The notes under the pieces: model-generated
What the model was told of the DNA's origin: nothing
The model's input: the letters and a program-made list of their open reading frames with translations, nothing else
Databases searched by the model: none
Part shown: positions 1 through 14,210 of the stretch, piece by piece
Layout: every line of letters starts with the position of its first letter
How positions within the stretch are numbered: position 1 is the stretch's first letter
NCBI GenBank assembly: GCA_964016885.1
Contig: OZ024748.1
Span: 31,744,001-31,808,000, forward strand
Direction of reading: 5' to 3'
Length of the DNA: 64,000 bases
DNA from: Eledone cirrhosa
Lineage: Eukaryota
Translations under genes and position numbers: made by a program

Positions 1-102
1 TATATATATATACACATACACATATATATATATACATATATATATATATACATATACACACACATACATACATATATATATATACACATACACACATCAA
101 CT

Positions 103-145
<43 letters not shown>

Positions 146-1049
146 ATATATATATATATACACACACTCACATATACATGCGCACATACGTACACATATA
201 CACATACACACATATACACATAGACATATACATGTGCATACATATACATACACACATATACCCACATAAATACATAGATACATATATATATACACATATA
301 TATACACATATATATATACACACACATATATACATATATATATACATATATATATATACACACAATCATACACCCTTATTTACATGCGCACATATGTATT
401 TTTATACTCACATACAAACACCCAAACATACATACCTACCTACATATACATACATACATCCACGCTTACAAATACAAATAATAATAGTAGGGGGGGGAAG
501 GGGGGGGGGATTATAGTAAATATAGGTTTCAAGAAACATAGAATATTAATCTGCATTTAGATCATAATATGTGTTTACATAGTTTCAGTATTAGGAAATG
601 TAAGAAAGAAGGCAAAATTATGCATTTCAATATAAGTATACCATTAATTATAGGTTAACTAAACAAAAGATAGTTAATATATTGATTTCTAAGGTGTATA
701 CTACTTAGGTTTATAATATTTGAAACGGAATTTTGAAGTTAAATAGTAGTAGAGTATTAATTATAGTATAACTAAATTAAAATTATTAACGTTATGGTAT
801 CAATATTAGGAAATGAATTTAGTAATAGGGAAAAACAAATAAAGTATTACATCGGTAGTAGAATATAAATTATAGGTTAACTAAATTAAAAATTATATAT
901 TAATTTCTATAGTATATGTTAATTAGGTTTATAATAATTAAAATAGATATTGTATTTTATCTATAGTAGAATATAATTATAGGTAAACAGAAATTACAAT
1001 TAAAATTAAAATTAATACATACACATATACATATACATATACATATATA

Positions 1050-1083
<34 letters not shown>

Positions 1084-1550
1084 CATATTTTTTCAAAAAT
1101 TGCAAAGAATATATTAACTAGGTATACATCCAAAACCTATCTCAGTCTATGATTACATGACACTCTGCAATCCATCTGTATTAGGATATTAATTTTAAGC
1201 CAATTAAATTAAATTTTTAGGTTGACCAAATTTAAAACCAAAATATAAATATATTTCTAAAAATGTACATTAATTAGGTCTATAATACTAAAAATTATTT
1301 CTCTGTCATTGAATACACGATATTTTGCTATATTTTATCTGTAAAGGAATTTAAATAAAAGGTTAAATAAATTAAAATTAATCTATAAATTAATTTACGA
1401 AGTATATATTAGTAATATTTAAAAGTTTTTCACAATTTATGATTACGCAATATTTTATAATCTCATCTGTAGTAGAATTTTAATTAAATTAAATTTATAG
1501 GTTAACTAACATTTAAATTAAATTATATATTAATTTCTAAAATAATGTTA

Positions 1551-2182
1551 TTAATTAGGTTTATAATATTTAAATGTTTTTCTTAGTTTATGATTACACG
1601 ATATAATTAATTCCTGTCGTTTATTTAATAGGATATCCTTAGATTTCATTATTTCAAATAGTTCTTGGGAACATAATCTACATTCATTTCTATTATTTTG
1701 ATAAGGGGTGGCTCTTTTGAGCACACTCCAGGTTAAATCATATTCTATATTCTTATTTTTATAACTATTGATTTTTTCTGCTAGAGATGTTGTATTAGCC
1801 AGTGCGGCATTTTTAAAACTATGTTTGTGGGTATTAAACCTTGCCTTAAAATTGTTACAAGTAGCTCCTATATATGAGCAAATAGAATCTTTAGTTTTAA
1901 CATTACATTTATAAACTATGTTGTTAACAAGACAATTTCCTTTTAATGGGCAGTTTGCTTTGTTTCTACAGTTACAACCTTTCGTTAATTCTGTATTTGA
2001 GGAGATATTATGGTTAGTTTGATGTATTGGTGGTATACTTATGGTATTCTTACATTTATATGCATTATAGGCACTTATATTTTGTTTTATGTTATTTGTT
2101 GTTGAGTATGAGAATTTAACTGTAGACCTATTTAAGATGTGATGGTATTTGTGGTTTGGCGGGAAGTTTTTCTCTAGGATAT
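1551..2182 (-). pseudogene. 5'-truncated PLE linker + GIY-YIG endonuclease (inverted copy)
   Basis: Minus strand reads ILEKNFPPNHKYHHILNRSTVKFSYSTTNNIKQNISAYN...CNCRNKANCPL...YIGAT...KPN*, with no start codon. Confidence 0.85.
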
Positions 2183-2219
2183 AACAAAATTTAAGTGCCT
2201 ATAATGTGCCAAAATATAA

Positions 2220-2768
2220 GTGCCTATAATGTGCCAAAATATAAGTGCCTATAATGCATATAAATGTAAGAATACCATAAGTATACCACCAATACATCAA
2301 ACTAACCATAATATCTCCTCAAATACAGAATTAACGAAAGGTTGTAACTGTAGAAACAAAGCAAACTGCCCATTAAAAGGAAATTGTCTTGTTAACAACA
2401 TAGTTTATAAATGTAATGTTAAAACTAAAGATTCTATTTGCTCATATATAGGAGCTACTTGTAACAATTTTAAGGCAAGGTTTAATACCCACAAACATAG
2501 TTTTAAAAATGCCGCACTGGCTAATACAACATCTCTAGCAGAAAAAATCAATAGTTATAAAAATAAGAATATAGAATATGATTTAACCTGGAGTGTGCTC
2601 AAAAGAGCCACCCCTTATCAAAATAATAGAAATGAATGTAGATTATGTTCCCAAGAACTATTTGAAATAATGAAATCTAAGGATATCCTATTAAATAAAC
2701 GACAGGAATTAATTATATCGTGTAATCATAAACTAAGAAAAACATTTAAATATTATAAACCTAATTAA
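2220..2768 (+). pseudogene. PLE GIY-YIG endonuclease fragment
   Basis: CNCRNKANCPLKGNCL (CxCx5C), IVYKC...YIGAT..FKARF..H, LTW, CRLC, NKRQE. The apparent N-terminus comes from a junction repeat. Confidence 0.9.
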
Positions 2769-3234
2769 TAACATTATTTTAGAAATTAATATATAATTTA
2801 ATTTAAATGTTAGTTAACCTATAAATTTAATTTAATTAAAATTCTACTACAGATGAGATTATAAAATATTGCGTAATCATAAATTGTGAAAAACTTTTAA
2901 ATATTACTAATATATACTTCGTAAATTAATTTATAGATTAATTTTAATTTATTTAACCTTTTATTTAAATTCCTTTACAGATAAAATATAGCAAAATATC
3001 GTGTATTCAATGACAGAGAAATAATTTTTAGTATTATAGACCTAATTAATGTACATTTTAGAAATATATTTATATTTTGGTTTTAAATTTGGTCAACCTA
3101 AAAATTTAATTTAATTGGCTTAAAATTAATATCCTAATACAGATGGATTGCAGAGTGTCATGTAATCATAGACTGAGATAGGTTTTGGATGTATACCTAG
3201 TTAATATATTCTTTGCAATTTTTGAAAAAATATG

Positions 3235-3295
<61 letters not shown>

Positions 3296-4134
3296 GTATG
3301 TATTAATTTTAATTTTAATTGTAATTTCTGTTTACCTATAATTATATTCTATTATAGATAAAATACAATATCTATTTTAATTATTATAAACCTAATTAAC
3401 ATATACTATAGAAATTAATATATAATTTTTAATTTAGTTAACCTATAATTTATATTCTACTACCGATGTAATACTTTATTTGTTTTTCCCTATTACTAAA
3501 TTCATTTCCTAATATTGATACCATAACGTTAATAATTTTAATTTAGTTATACTATTTAACTTCAAAATTCCGTTTCAAATATTATAAACCTAAGTAGTAT
3601 ACACCTTAGAAATCAATATATTAACTATCTTTTGTTTAGTTAACCTATAATTAATGGTATACTTATATTGAAATGCATAATTTTGCCTTCTTTCTTACAT
3701 TTCCTAATACTGAAACTATGTAAACACATATTATGATCTAAATGCAGATTAATATTCTATGTTTCTTGAAACCTATATTTACTATAATCCCCTCCCCCCC
3801 CTCCCCCCCCCCTACTATTATTATTTGTATTTGTAAGCGTGGATGTATGTATGTATATGTAGGTAGGTATGTATGTTTGGGTGTTTGTATGTGAGTATAA
3901 AAATACATATGTGCGCATGTAAATAAGGGTGTATGATTGTGTGTATATATATATATGTATATATATATGTATATATGTGTGTGTATATATATATGTGTAT
4001 ATATATGTGTATATATATATGTATCTATGTATTTATGTGGGTATATGTGTGTATGTATATGTATGCACATGTATATGTCTATGTGTATATGTGTGTATGT
4101 GTATATGTGTACGTATGTGCGCATGTATATGTGA

Positions 4135-4205
<71 letters not shown>

Positions 4206-4412
4206 TATTTGTAGTTGATGTGTGTATGTGTATATATATATATGTATATATATATATATGTATATATATATATGTGTATGTGTATATATATATGTATATG
4301 TATGTGTGTGCATATTTGTCTGACTGTGTGTATTAATTTATTTATTTATTTATTTATCTTATTTATTTATTTTTTTATATATATGTATATATATTATCTT
4401 CATATATATATG

Positions 4413-4463
<51 letters not shown>

Positions 4464-4787
4464 GTGTGTATGTGTGTGTATATGTATGTATGTATGTATG
4501 TATGTGTATGTGTGTTTGTGTGTGTACGTGTGTATATATTTATATATGTATATGTATCTCTATTTATATATGTATATATGTGTATGTATATCCCTTTGTC
4601 TATGTATGTCTGAGTTGTGTGAGCGTGTGGTGGTGTTTGTTTGTATGTATATACGCATACATGGATGTGTATGTATGTGTATATATGCGTATATGTATGT
4701 GTGTATGTGTGTGTGTGTATATAGGTATGTCTATGTATGAGTATGTATGTGTGTGTATGTATGTGTGTATATATATGTATGTGTGTG

Positions 4788-4836
<49 letters not shown>

Positions 4837-4916
4837 TATATGTGGGTGTGTGTGTATATATATCTTTATATATGTGTATGTGTATGTGTGTGTATGTGTG
4901 TGTGTATATATATATA

Positions 4917-5025
<109 letters not shown>

Positions 5026-5096
5026 TTATTTATATGTGGGTATGTATGTGTATGTGTGTATATACATGAGTGTGTTTATATATGTCTGTAGATATG

Positions 5097-5133
<37 letters not shown>

Positions 5134-5445
5134 GTGTGTTGTGAATGTATATATATATATGTATGCGTGTATGTGTATAGATATATATATATGTGTGTAT
5201 ATGTGTATATGTCTATGTATTTATATGTGTATATGTATGTGTCTCTATATGTATGCGTGTGTGTATGTGTATGTGTATGTATATGTATGTGTATGTATGT
5301 GTTTGTGTATATGTGTATGTATATGTATGTATATGCATGTATGTGTATATATATATATATATATATATGTGTATATGTATGTATATCGATGTATATTTTA
5401 TATTTTACTTGTTTATATATATGTGTATGTATATATATATATATA

Positions 5446-5478
<33 letters not shown>

Positions 5479-6084
5479 TTTCTTGATATATTTCTTTTTT
5501 TCTTTTTCTTTTCTTTTTATTTCTAAGTTTATAGATACATTTATAAATAGGCAGTCTGTTGACACCGGTGAATACTGACCTCTTCTCCCCCCCACCCCCA
5601 CCTACTTTCTGTATCTGGATCTAAATATGTGTGGCAGTGTTTATGTGCGCGCATTAATGTCCATATGCTTATGATAATAGTATATACACACATATATATG
5701 TGTGTGGGGGTGTATGTGTGTATGTATGTTCGTGGTTGTGTGTACGTTTATGCGTATACGCGCGTGTGTGTGTGAATGTACGTATATGTGTGAGTATATG
5801 AATGTGTGTATATATTTATTTTATATTTATATGTGTATACGTATTTTATCTGTAGATTATAAACATACAGAGACATTAGCCTTGAATTTTTGTATTTACA
5901 TACATCTTTTTGGCATGCGTATGCATGTGAACATATATCTTTATGCATATCTGTGAACGAAGTTACTTACATATATATACACACACCTAACTGTATAAAC
6001 TTTTTGTATTTTCATTGGTCAATTTGAACTCTGTTCCCAAACAGACCTGTAATTTTGAATTGTTGTTATTATCAATAAATATAT

Positions 6085-6239
6085 TTCATTATTTCTGAAG
6101 ACGGCATATATATGTGTTTGGTATGTATATTTAATTTTGATAGTTTGTATAATTTTGTATAATTTTGTACATAGATCTGTTGAATATGCATGCCAATTCT
6201 AACACATATATATCCTAGAAACGATCGTTAAATAATGAA
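6085..6239 (+). ncRNA. Type I hammerhead ribozyme with ~115-nt extended stem II
   Basis: ttcattatt(t)-CTGAAGA(6095)...GAAAC(6218)-gatc-GTT-aaataatgaa. Stem II pairs atatatatgtgtt/aacacatatatat and tggtatgtatatttaa/ttgaatatgcatgcca. Stem III is the palindrome aacgatcgtt. Confidence 0.75.
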
Positions 6240-6433
6240 CTTTTTTTGTTTAATATAAGGAACTGTTTCATTGTTTTATTCATTATTTTTTTAATATTTT
6301 ATCTTGACCCTGTATTCCGTTTATCTTTCACCGAAAGTGATTTTTCATTGCATCTCTTGTTTCCATGATATCCGGATTACATTGAGTTCTTCATACGGAT
6401 TGGACACTACCGTAAACTCTAGGTAGATTTATC

Positions 6434-6494
<61 letters not shown>

Positions 6495-6583
6495 TGTATA
6501 TATATATATATATTGTATATATATATAATGTATATATATATATGTATATATATATATTGTATATATATATTGTATATATATTG

Positions 6584-6614
<31 letters not shown>

Positions 6615-6759
6615 TGTGTATATATATATATATTGTATATATATATATTGTATATATATATATATTGTATATATATATATTCTATTTATATATATTGTAT
6701 ATATATATATATTGTATATATATATATTGTATATATATATATATTGTGTATATATATAT

Positions 6760-6817
<58 letters not shown>

Positions 6818-7254
6818 ATATATATATATTGTATATATATATATATTGTATATATATATATTGTATATATATATATATATATTGTATATATATATATTGT
6901 GTATATATATTGTATATATATATTGCATATATATATATATTGTATATATATATATATATTTTACATATATATATATATTGTGTATATATATTGTATATAT
7001 ATATAGTATATATATATATATATTGCATATATATATATATATTGTATATATATATATATCTATTGTATATATATATATATTGTATATATATATATATATA
7101 TTGTATATATATATATATATTGTATATATATATATTGTATATATATATATATTGTATATATATATATTCTATTTATATATATTGTATATATATATATATT
7201 ATATATATATATATTGTATATATATATATATATATATATTGTGTATATATATAT

Positions 7255-7298
<44 letters not shown>

Positions 7299-7592
7299 AT
7301 ATATATATATTGTATATATATATATATTGTATATATATATATATTGTATATATATATATATATTGTATATATATATCATTGTGTATATATATTGTATATA
7401 TATATATATTGCATATATATATATATTGTATATATATATATATATTTTACATATATATATATATTGTATATATATATTGTATATATATATATAGTATATA
7501 TATATATATATATATTGTATATAATATATATATATTGTATATATATATATATCTATTGTATATATATATATATTGTATATATATATATATAT

Positions 7593-7636
<44 letters not shown>

Positions 7637-7773
7637 AAAAATATATGTATATATATATATATTGTATATATATATTTATATATATATTGTATATATATAT
7701 TTATATATATATATTGTATATATATATATATATTGTATATATATATAAATATATTGTGGATATATATATATAT

Positions 7774-7843
<70 letters not shown>

Positions 7844-8106
7844 ATATATATATATATTGTATATATAAATATATTGTATATATATATTGTATATATATAT
7901 ATATATTGTATATATATATATATTGTATATATGTATATATATATTGTAAATATATATATATTGTATATATATATTGTATATATACATATATGGTATCTAT
8001 ATATTATATAAATTGTATATATATATATATTTATATATATTTTATATATTGTATATATATATATATTTATATATATTTTATATATGTATATATATATATA
8101 TATATA

Positions 8107-8253
8107 GCGGCGATGAATTAGATGAGGACCGAGTAAGTTAGATCGCAGATATATATATATAAAAGACAGCGAGAAGCGAAAACCAACCAAACAGTGAGTG
8201 TGTTCTGTTATTAATTCTGGCAATATTACGCAAATATGACCCTCCCCAAATAT

Positions 8254-8260
<7 letters not shown>
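8107..8260 (+). mobile_element. 3'-terminal fragment of the PLE family at 33.8-37.8 kb
   Basis: Matches 37713-37841 (gaggaccgagtaagttagat...gaccctcccca.tataacaata). Confidence 0.85.
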
Positions 8261-8300
<40 letters not shown>

Positions 8301-8506
8301 ATATATATATATATATAAATGTATATATATATATGTATTGTATATATATATATATTTATATATATATATATTGTATATATATATATATATATATTGTATA
8401 TATATATTGTATATATATATTGTATATATATATTTATATATATATATATACTGTATATATATATATACATATATTGTATATATATACACTGTATATAAAT
8501 ATATAT

Positions 8507-8579
<73 letters not shown>

Positions 8580-8635
8580 TATATATATATTGTATATATA
8601 TACATTGTATATATATATATATTGTATATATATAT

Positions 8636-8703
<68 letters not shown>

Positions 8704-8960
8704 ATATATATATATATATTGTATATATATATATATATATATATTGTGTATGTATATATATATTGTATATATATATATATTGTATATATATATATATATA
8801 TACATACACAATATATATATATATATATATATAGATATATACAATATATATATATATACAATATATATATATGTATATACATTATATATATATATATGTA
8901 TATAAATGTAAGTATGTATGTATACGTACATACATATATATATACAGACGTACAGTAGCA

Positions 8961-9031
<71 letters not shown>

Positions 9032-9071
9032 GAAAAAGAACAAAGGAACTATTATGACATTATAACAAGTT

Positions 9072-9125
9072 TATTGCCAACAGCCGTTTCGTCCGACCTT
9101 ATGGGGGGACTTTTCAAGGCATATA
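9072..9125 (-). ncRNA. Hammerhead ribozyme, U3-A8 core variant
   Basis: Reverse complement: tgcc-TTGAAAA-gtcc..ggac-GAAAC-ggct-GTT-ggca. Confidence 0.8.
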
Positions 9126-9660
9126 ACATGTGATTGTAAGATCATTATTTACATCAACGTATCACTCAATTTAAATTGTGTTATACATCAGCAGCTCCGC
9201 TTGTATAGATGGGGTCTATATTCTAAGGGGTCTCTTTTCTATTAGTTGTCGGGGGAAGAAAGTTGTTTTCTTTCGAAAAAAAATTTTTTCTCTCGAATGA
9301 ATTTCTTAGGAAACTTTATATTTTTTAGGGAAACTTTACATTTTTATTTTTTTATTTTATTAGCCTCTTAATTTCTACTAGTGTATTAGGTTTATTGGAG
9401 CCTGTAAGCTTTATGCATTTATTGAGGGATTTTTTAAGGTGCTTCTACGAGATCCCAAGTCTTTTAATTTAATTTTTACTTTTAATGCGTAAATTATATG
9501 TTATCTAATTTTTAACCTTCAATCCCTGACCCCGACAACTAATAGAAAAGAGCCCCCTTAGAATATAGACCCCAACTATACAAGCGGAGCTGCTGATGTA
9601 TAACACAATTTCAATTGAGTGATACGTTGATGTAAATAATGATCTTACAATCACATGTTA

Positions 9661-9711
9661 TATGCCTTGAAAAGTCCCACCATAAGGTCGGCGAAACGGC
9701 TGTCGGCAATA
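9661..9711 (+). ncRNA. Hammerhead ribozyme, U3-A8 core variant
   Basis: tgcc-TTGAAAA-gtcc...ggc-GAAAC-ggct-GTC-ggca. Confidence 0.75.
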
Positions 9712-9861
9712 AACTTGTTATAATGTCATAATAGTTCCTTTGTTCTTTTTCACTAATATTTCTGCTCTACTTATACGCATAGAGCTTAACTAGCTACCGT
9801 CACATATTTGGTAGGTCAGACGTGATCATCGCGATTCACATACGACCTACCATACATCTTG

Positions 9862-9898
<37 letters not shown>

Positions 9899-9929
9899 AC
9901 ATACAGGTACACATACATATATGTACGTA

Positions 9930-10670
9930 TCAGTTTAGCGGACGTTTATTATAAGTAAATAAATACAATACAGAAGTAATAGGAACAAATAAATACATAC
10001 ACGCAAACAGATACGTACATACACAAGCATACGCAAATTATTTATTTATTTGTACACAAGCATACACACACACACATATTTATATGTGCGTCGTTTTGTA
10101 TACCCATGGTAAGGTTTTGCGTATGCTTGTGTATGTACGTATCTGTTTGCGTGTATGTATTTATTTGTGCCTATTACTTCTGTATTGTATTTATTTACTT
10201 TGTTCTTAACTCTGTAGCGGAGATTCATTTGGTCTCCTAGTTAGAATTTTAGTCTACGATTTCTGCTATACCATTTACGTGGTTTTGTCTTTGCGTGCTA
10301 TTGTTCTCCACGCTCCACATATGACTTATTATCTTCGTTTTTTCGTTCATTGCCAGAGAACGTCTCTATGCACCACCTAAGAGAACATTAGTCTACGACC
10401 TCTTTTATACCATAAACGTGGTTTTGTCTTTGCGCGTAATTGTTTTTCACCGCTCCTATTAATGACGTATTATTCGTTTTTTCCCATTCTTTGCCAGCGA
10501 ACGTTACCACGAACCAAAGTATCGTCTTCCTGTCTTCCTCCGGTTGCAACGTTTTTTGAAATATCCAGTTCTGCGTTTACAGATTGACTTTGTTAGTTTC
10601 AGAAGATCCCGTTAAGGGTGAAAGCAGCGATTCTTTGCTTAAACTTTAATCTGTTATTTTAATAAATATA
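9930..10670 (+). mobile_element. Non-coding PLE 3' segment with short inverted 5' piece, internal ~140-bp diverged duplication and HHR
   Basis: ~9953-10037 is the reverse complement of ~10115-10199. Homologous to ~40035-40660. Duplicated units at ~10249-10362 and ~10388-10503. Confidence 0.8.
10580..10653 (+). ncRNA. Hammerhead-like motif with CAGAAGA (U4A) core
   Basis: cagattga..agttt-CAGAAGA-tccc-gtta-agggt-GAAA-gca..tgc-TT-aaact-ttaatctg. Confidence 0.65.
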
Positions 10671-10787
10671 TATATTGTATACATATATATATATATATTG
10701 TGTATATGTATATATATATATTGTGTATATATACACAATATATATATATATATACACAATATATGTATATATACAATATATATATAT

Positions 10788-10818
<31 letters not shown>

Positions 10819-10955
10819 TGTATATATACATATATTGTGTATATATATATATATATATATTGTATATATATATATATTGTGTATATATATATATTGTATA
10901 TATATATATATATATTGTGTGTGTATATATATATATATATATATTGTAAAAATAT

Positions 10956-10992
10956 ATTCTTTTACCTTTTACCTGTTTCAGCCATCCGGCTG
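10956..10992 (-). mobile_element. Tiny HHR 3' fragment
   Basis: Reverse complement agcc-ggat-ggct-GAAAC-ag-GTA, embedded in (TA)n. Confidence 0.5.
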
Positions 10993-11033
10993 TATATATA
11001 TATTTATATATATATATTGTATATATATATTGT

Positions 11034-11115
<82 letters not shown>

Positions 11116-11120
<5 letters not shown>

Positions 11121-11246
11121 GAAGGAAATGTGGTAAGGGACCAGGTGGACCATAACGCACCAAATTACTCGATACTTAGGGTAGTAGAGTGGGTAATAGG
11201 AACAAGTAAGACCCCTACGGCTGAGCTCAAGCCGTTTCGACGGCTA
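11116..11246 (-). mobile_element. PLE-type 3' end containing the 3' half of an HHR
   Basis: Reverse complement GAAAC-ggct-tgagctc-agcc-GTA-ggggtcttac.... A second copy lies at 13346-13397(+). Confidence 0.7.
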
Positions 11247-11364
11247 TACATATATTGTATATATATATTGTATATATAAATATATTGTATATATACATAT
11301 ATGTTGTATATATATATATATATTTATATATATTTTATATATTGTATATATATATATATATATT

Positions 11365-12450
11365 TAGAAAAAGAGATGAAATCGAAAATGCAACTGGAGT
11401 CTTATTTTTTTTAAAAAAATATTCCTACTAAAGGAATCACTTTCCTACACACACGCATACACACACACATAATATATATATATATATATTCTCTTCATCT
11501 TAACATGCTAACCATACTCCCACACACATAACACCCATACACACACATAACAACCCCCACACCTACAACTCCCTCCCCATTTCTACTAACAGAACCACTT
11601 TCCTACACACATATATATATACACACACAAAATATATATTCTCTCCATCTTAACATACTCGCACACACACACATAACACCCATATACACACACACACAAC
11701 TCCCTCCCCCATCTATACTAATAGAATCATCTTCCAATACACACACACACACACACACACACACAAGCACACAAATAAACATACATATCTTCACTTCAAT
11801 AGAAAATCTGAACTCTGACACCCCGGCGAGCTGGCCATATTCACTGAACCAGAACATTTCTCCCAATCCCTTTTCTCTTGACCACTATCTCTCCATTGTC
11901 ATAACATTCACTATAAAGACTTCAGAATAGTTTTCCAAATAAGGGCGCAAAAATGTAATGAAAACTTGCTCACGTGACAGCCAAATTTCATTTATAACCA
12001 ACCAAAAAAAAGCCTTCGTGAGCCTTCTTGTTTCAAGTAAAAAGAAATTCAAACACTCATATATGAAAAAAATAACCTGTGACACCCACCCCCCTCTCTT
12101 ATTTGAAGAACTATTGTAACGCGAACTGGCGCGAAATTTATTATAATTATTGACAAACCAATCAAATTACTTCTCGAAAAACCTGGCACTTCGAGCCACT
12201 TTTTCCATATAAAACAAGTAACATTCAGAGACCAACCAGATGTGAGAAAAACCACAGACCCTCCATCTCAACTCACCTTTTGAAAAGCAGAAGAACTGCG
12301 AAACCGGTAAAGGAACCAAATAAATATATATATTTTTAAAAAGAATAAGACTCCAGTTGCATTTTCGATTTCATCTCTTTTTCTTTATACTTTCACTCGT
12401 GTAGGACACCTCGGTTATTTTTCATTTTGTAAAAAAAACCTCACTTTCTA
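11365..12450 (+). mobile_element. Non-coding PLE 3' segment with inverted 5' piece, HHR and tail
   Basis: ~11366-11420 is the reverse complement of ~12332-12385. Homologous to 15781-16396(-). Confidence 0.8.
12276..12313 (+). ncRNA. Minimal hammerhead ribozyme, U3-A8 variant
   Basis: cctt-TTGAAAA-gcag-aagaa-ctgc-GAAAC-cg-GTA-aagg, with palindromic stem III accggt. Confidence 0.85.
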
Positions 12451-12511
12451 ATATATATATTTATATATATTTTATATATATATATATATTGTATATATAT
12501 ATTGTATATAT

Positions 12512-12551
<40 letters not shown>

Positions 12552-12634
12552 TATATATATATATATTGTATATATATATTGTGTATATATATATATTGTA
12601 TATATATATATATATACATATATATTTATATATA

Positions 12635-12683
<49 letters not shown>

Positions 12684-12811
12684 CCTGTATATATATATAT
12701 ATATATATTGTATATATATATTGTATATATATATATATATACTGTATATATATATATATACTGTATATATATATATATATATATATTGTATATATATATA
12801 TATATATATAT

Positions 12812-12901
12812 TGTATATTATGAAGAGAGAAGAAACATTTAGATATAATTAGTAATAAGATGTATCATACCTAAACTGCTTCTAGATTCCTCGACTACGT
12901 T
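12812..12901 (-). mobile_element. Short 3' fragment of the ~600-nt HHR family (also at ~15495-15585 and ~18990-19080)
   Basis: Near-identical to the start of 17194-17812 and truncated at gactacgt, inside HHR stem III. Confidence 0.85.
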
Positions 12902-13019
12902 ATATTATATATATATATATATTGTGTATATATACATTGTATATATATATTGTATATATATATATAGAGAGATATATTGTATATATATATATATTGTATA
13001 TATATATATATATATATAT

Positions 13020-13087
<68 letters not shown>

Positions 13088-13120
13088 ATATATATATATT
13101 GTATATATATATATATATAT

Positions 13121-13397
13121 TGTATATTATGAAGAGAGAAGAAACATTTAGATATAATTAATAATAAGATGTATCATACCTAAACTGCTTCTAGATTCCT
13201 CGACTACGTAGTTTCGTGGCATAATCAAAAACAATACATCATAGAGATGTAGAGCTTTTGTGAGGTCTGCCGACTTATCAAGAAGATACCTTATTTTACT
13301 AGCCTCAAGAACACGTCTATAAGATGTGAGATAGAATCCCAAGAATTAGCCGCCGAAACGGCTTGAGCTCAGCCGTCAGGGTCTTACTTGTTCCTAT
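13121..13397. mobile_element. Chimeric insertion: ~600-nt family fragment (minus, HHR 13198-13285) joined head-to-head to the 11116-family HHR half (plus)
   Basis: Homology to 17194+ ends at gaatcccaa (~13342), followed by ttagccgccGAAACggcttgagctcagccGTC. Confidence 0.75.
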
Positions 13398-13451
13398 ATA
13401 TATATATATATATATTGTATATATATATAAATATATTGTATATATATATAT

Positions 13452-13520
<69 letters not shown>

Positions 13521-13875
13521 ATATATGTATATATATATTGTATATATATATATATTGTATATATATATTGTATATATACATGTATTGTATATATATATAT
13601 TGTATATATACATATATTGTATATATACATATATATTGTATATATATATATATATATTTATATATATTTTATATATTGTATATATATATATATATTTATA
13701 TATATTTTATATATATATATATATATATATTGTATATATATATATATTGTATATATATATATATATAAATATATATATATATTGTATATATATATATATT
13801 GTATATATATATTATGTATATATATATATTGTATATATATATATATACATATATATTTATATATATATATATAGC

Positions 13876-13944
<69 letters not shown>

Positions 13945-13974
13945 ATATATATATTGTATATATATATATATATG

Positions 13975-14009
<35 letters not shown>

Positions 14010-14013
<4 letters not shown>

Positions 14014-14210
14014 TATAGACATAGAATATTCGAAAATATTCTGTATGTTTATAATAAACATTTTGAAGACCTAATCGCTATAGAATAGAATACGTCACGT
14101 ATTACAATTATATTCTCGATAAAAGCAAGGGAAGTAATCTACGCGTTTCATTCTTGTTAGAAATCATCAGGACTACATATCCAGTGCTTTTATCGAGAAT
14201 GACACAGCTA
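14010..14210 (-). mobile_element. Inverted partial copy of the 310-bp unit, with HHR
   Basis: Reverse complement of ~14228-14428; tcatcag at 14164-14170. Confidence 0.9.

Larger units (their letters stand above)
1..4313. repeat. Large inverted repeat: arms 1-2084 and 2235-~4313 with a ~150-bp spacer (head-to-head PLE copies)
   Basis: 1551-2084 is the reverse complement of 2235-2768. The track ORFs 178..516(+) and 3738..4313(-) are near-identical. Small indels separate the arms, and the left arm runs off the window edge. Confidence 0.95.
9030..9863. mobile_element. Non-coding PLE-type insertion: inverted arms 9030-9253 / 9530-9753 plus tail
   Basis: Arms are reverse complements, each contains an HHR, and the element is flanked by (TA)n. 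Confidence 0.85.

Noticed and set aside
2220-2768. Stand-alone or phage/intron GIY-YIG homing endonuclease gene
   Set aside because: The inverted copy shows it is continuous with the PLE linker; the start codon is created by the junction repeat.
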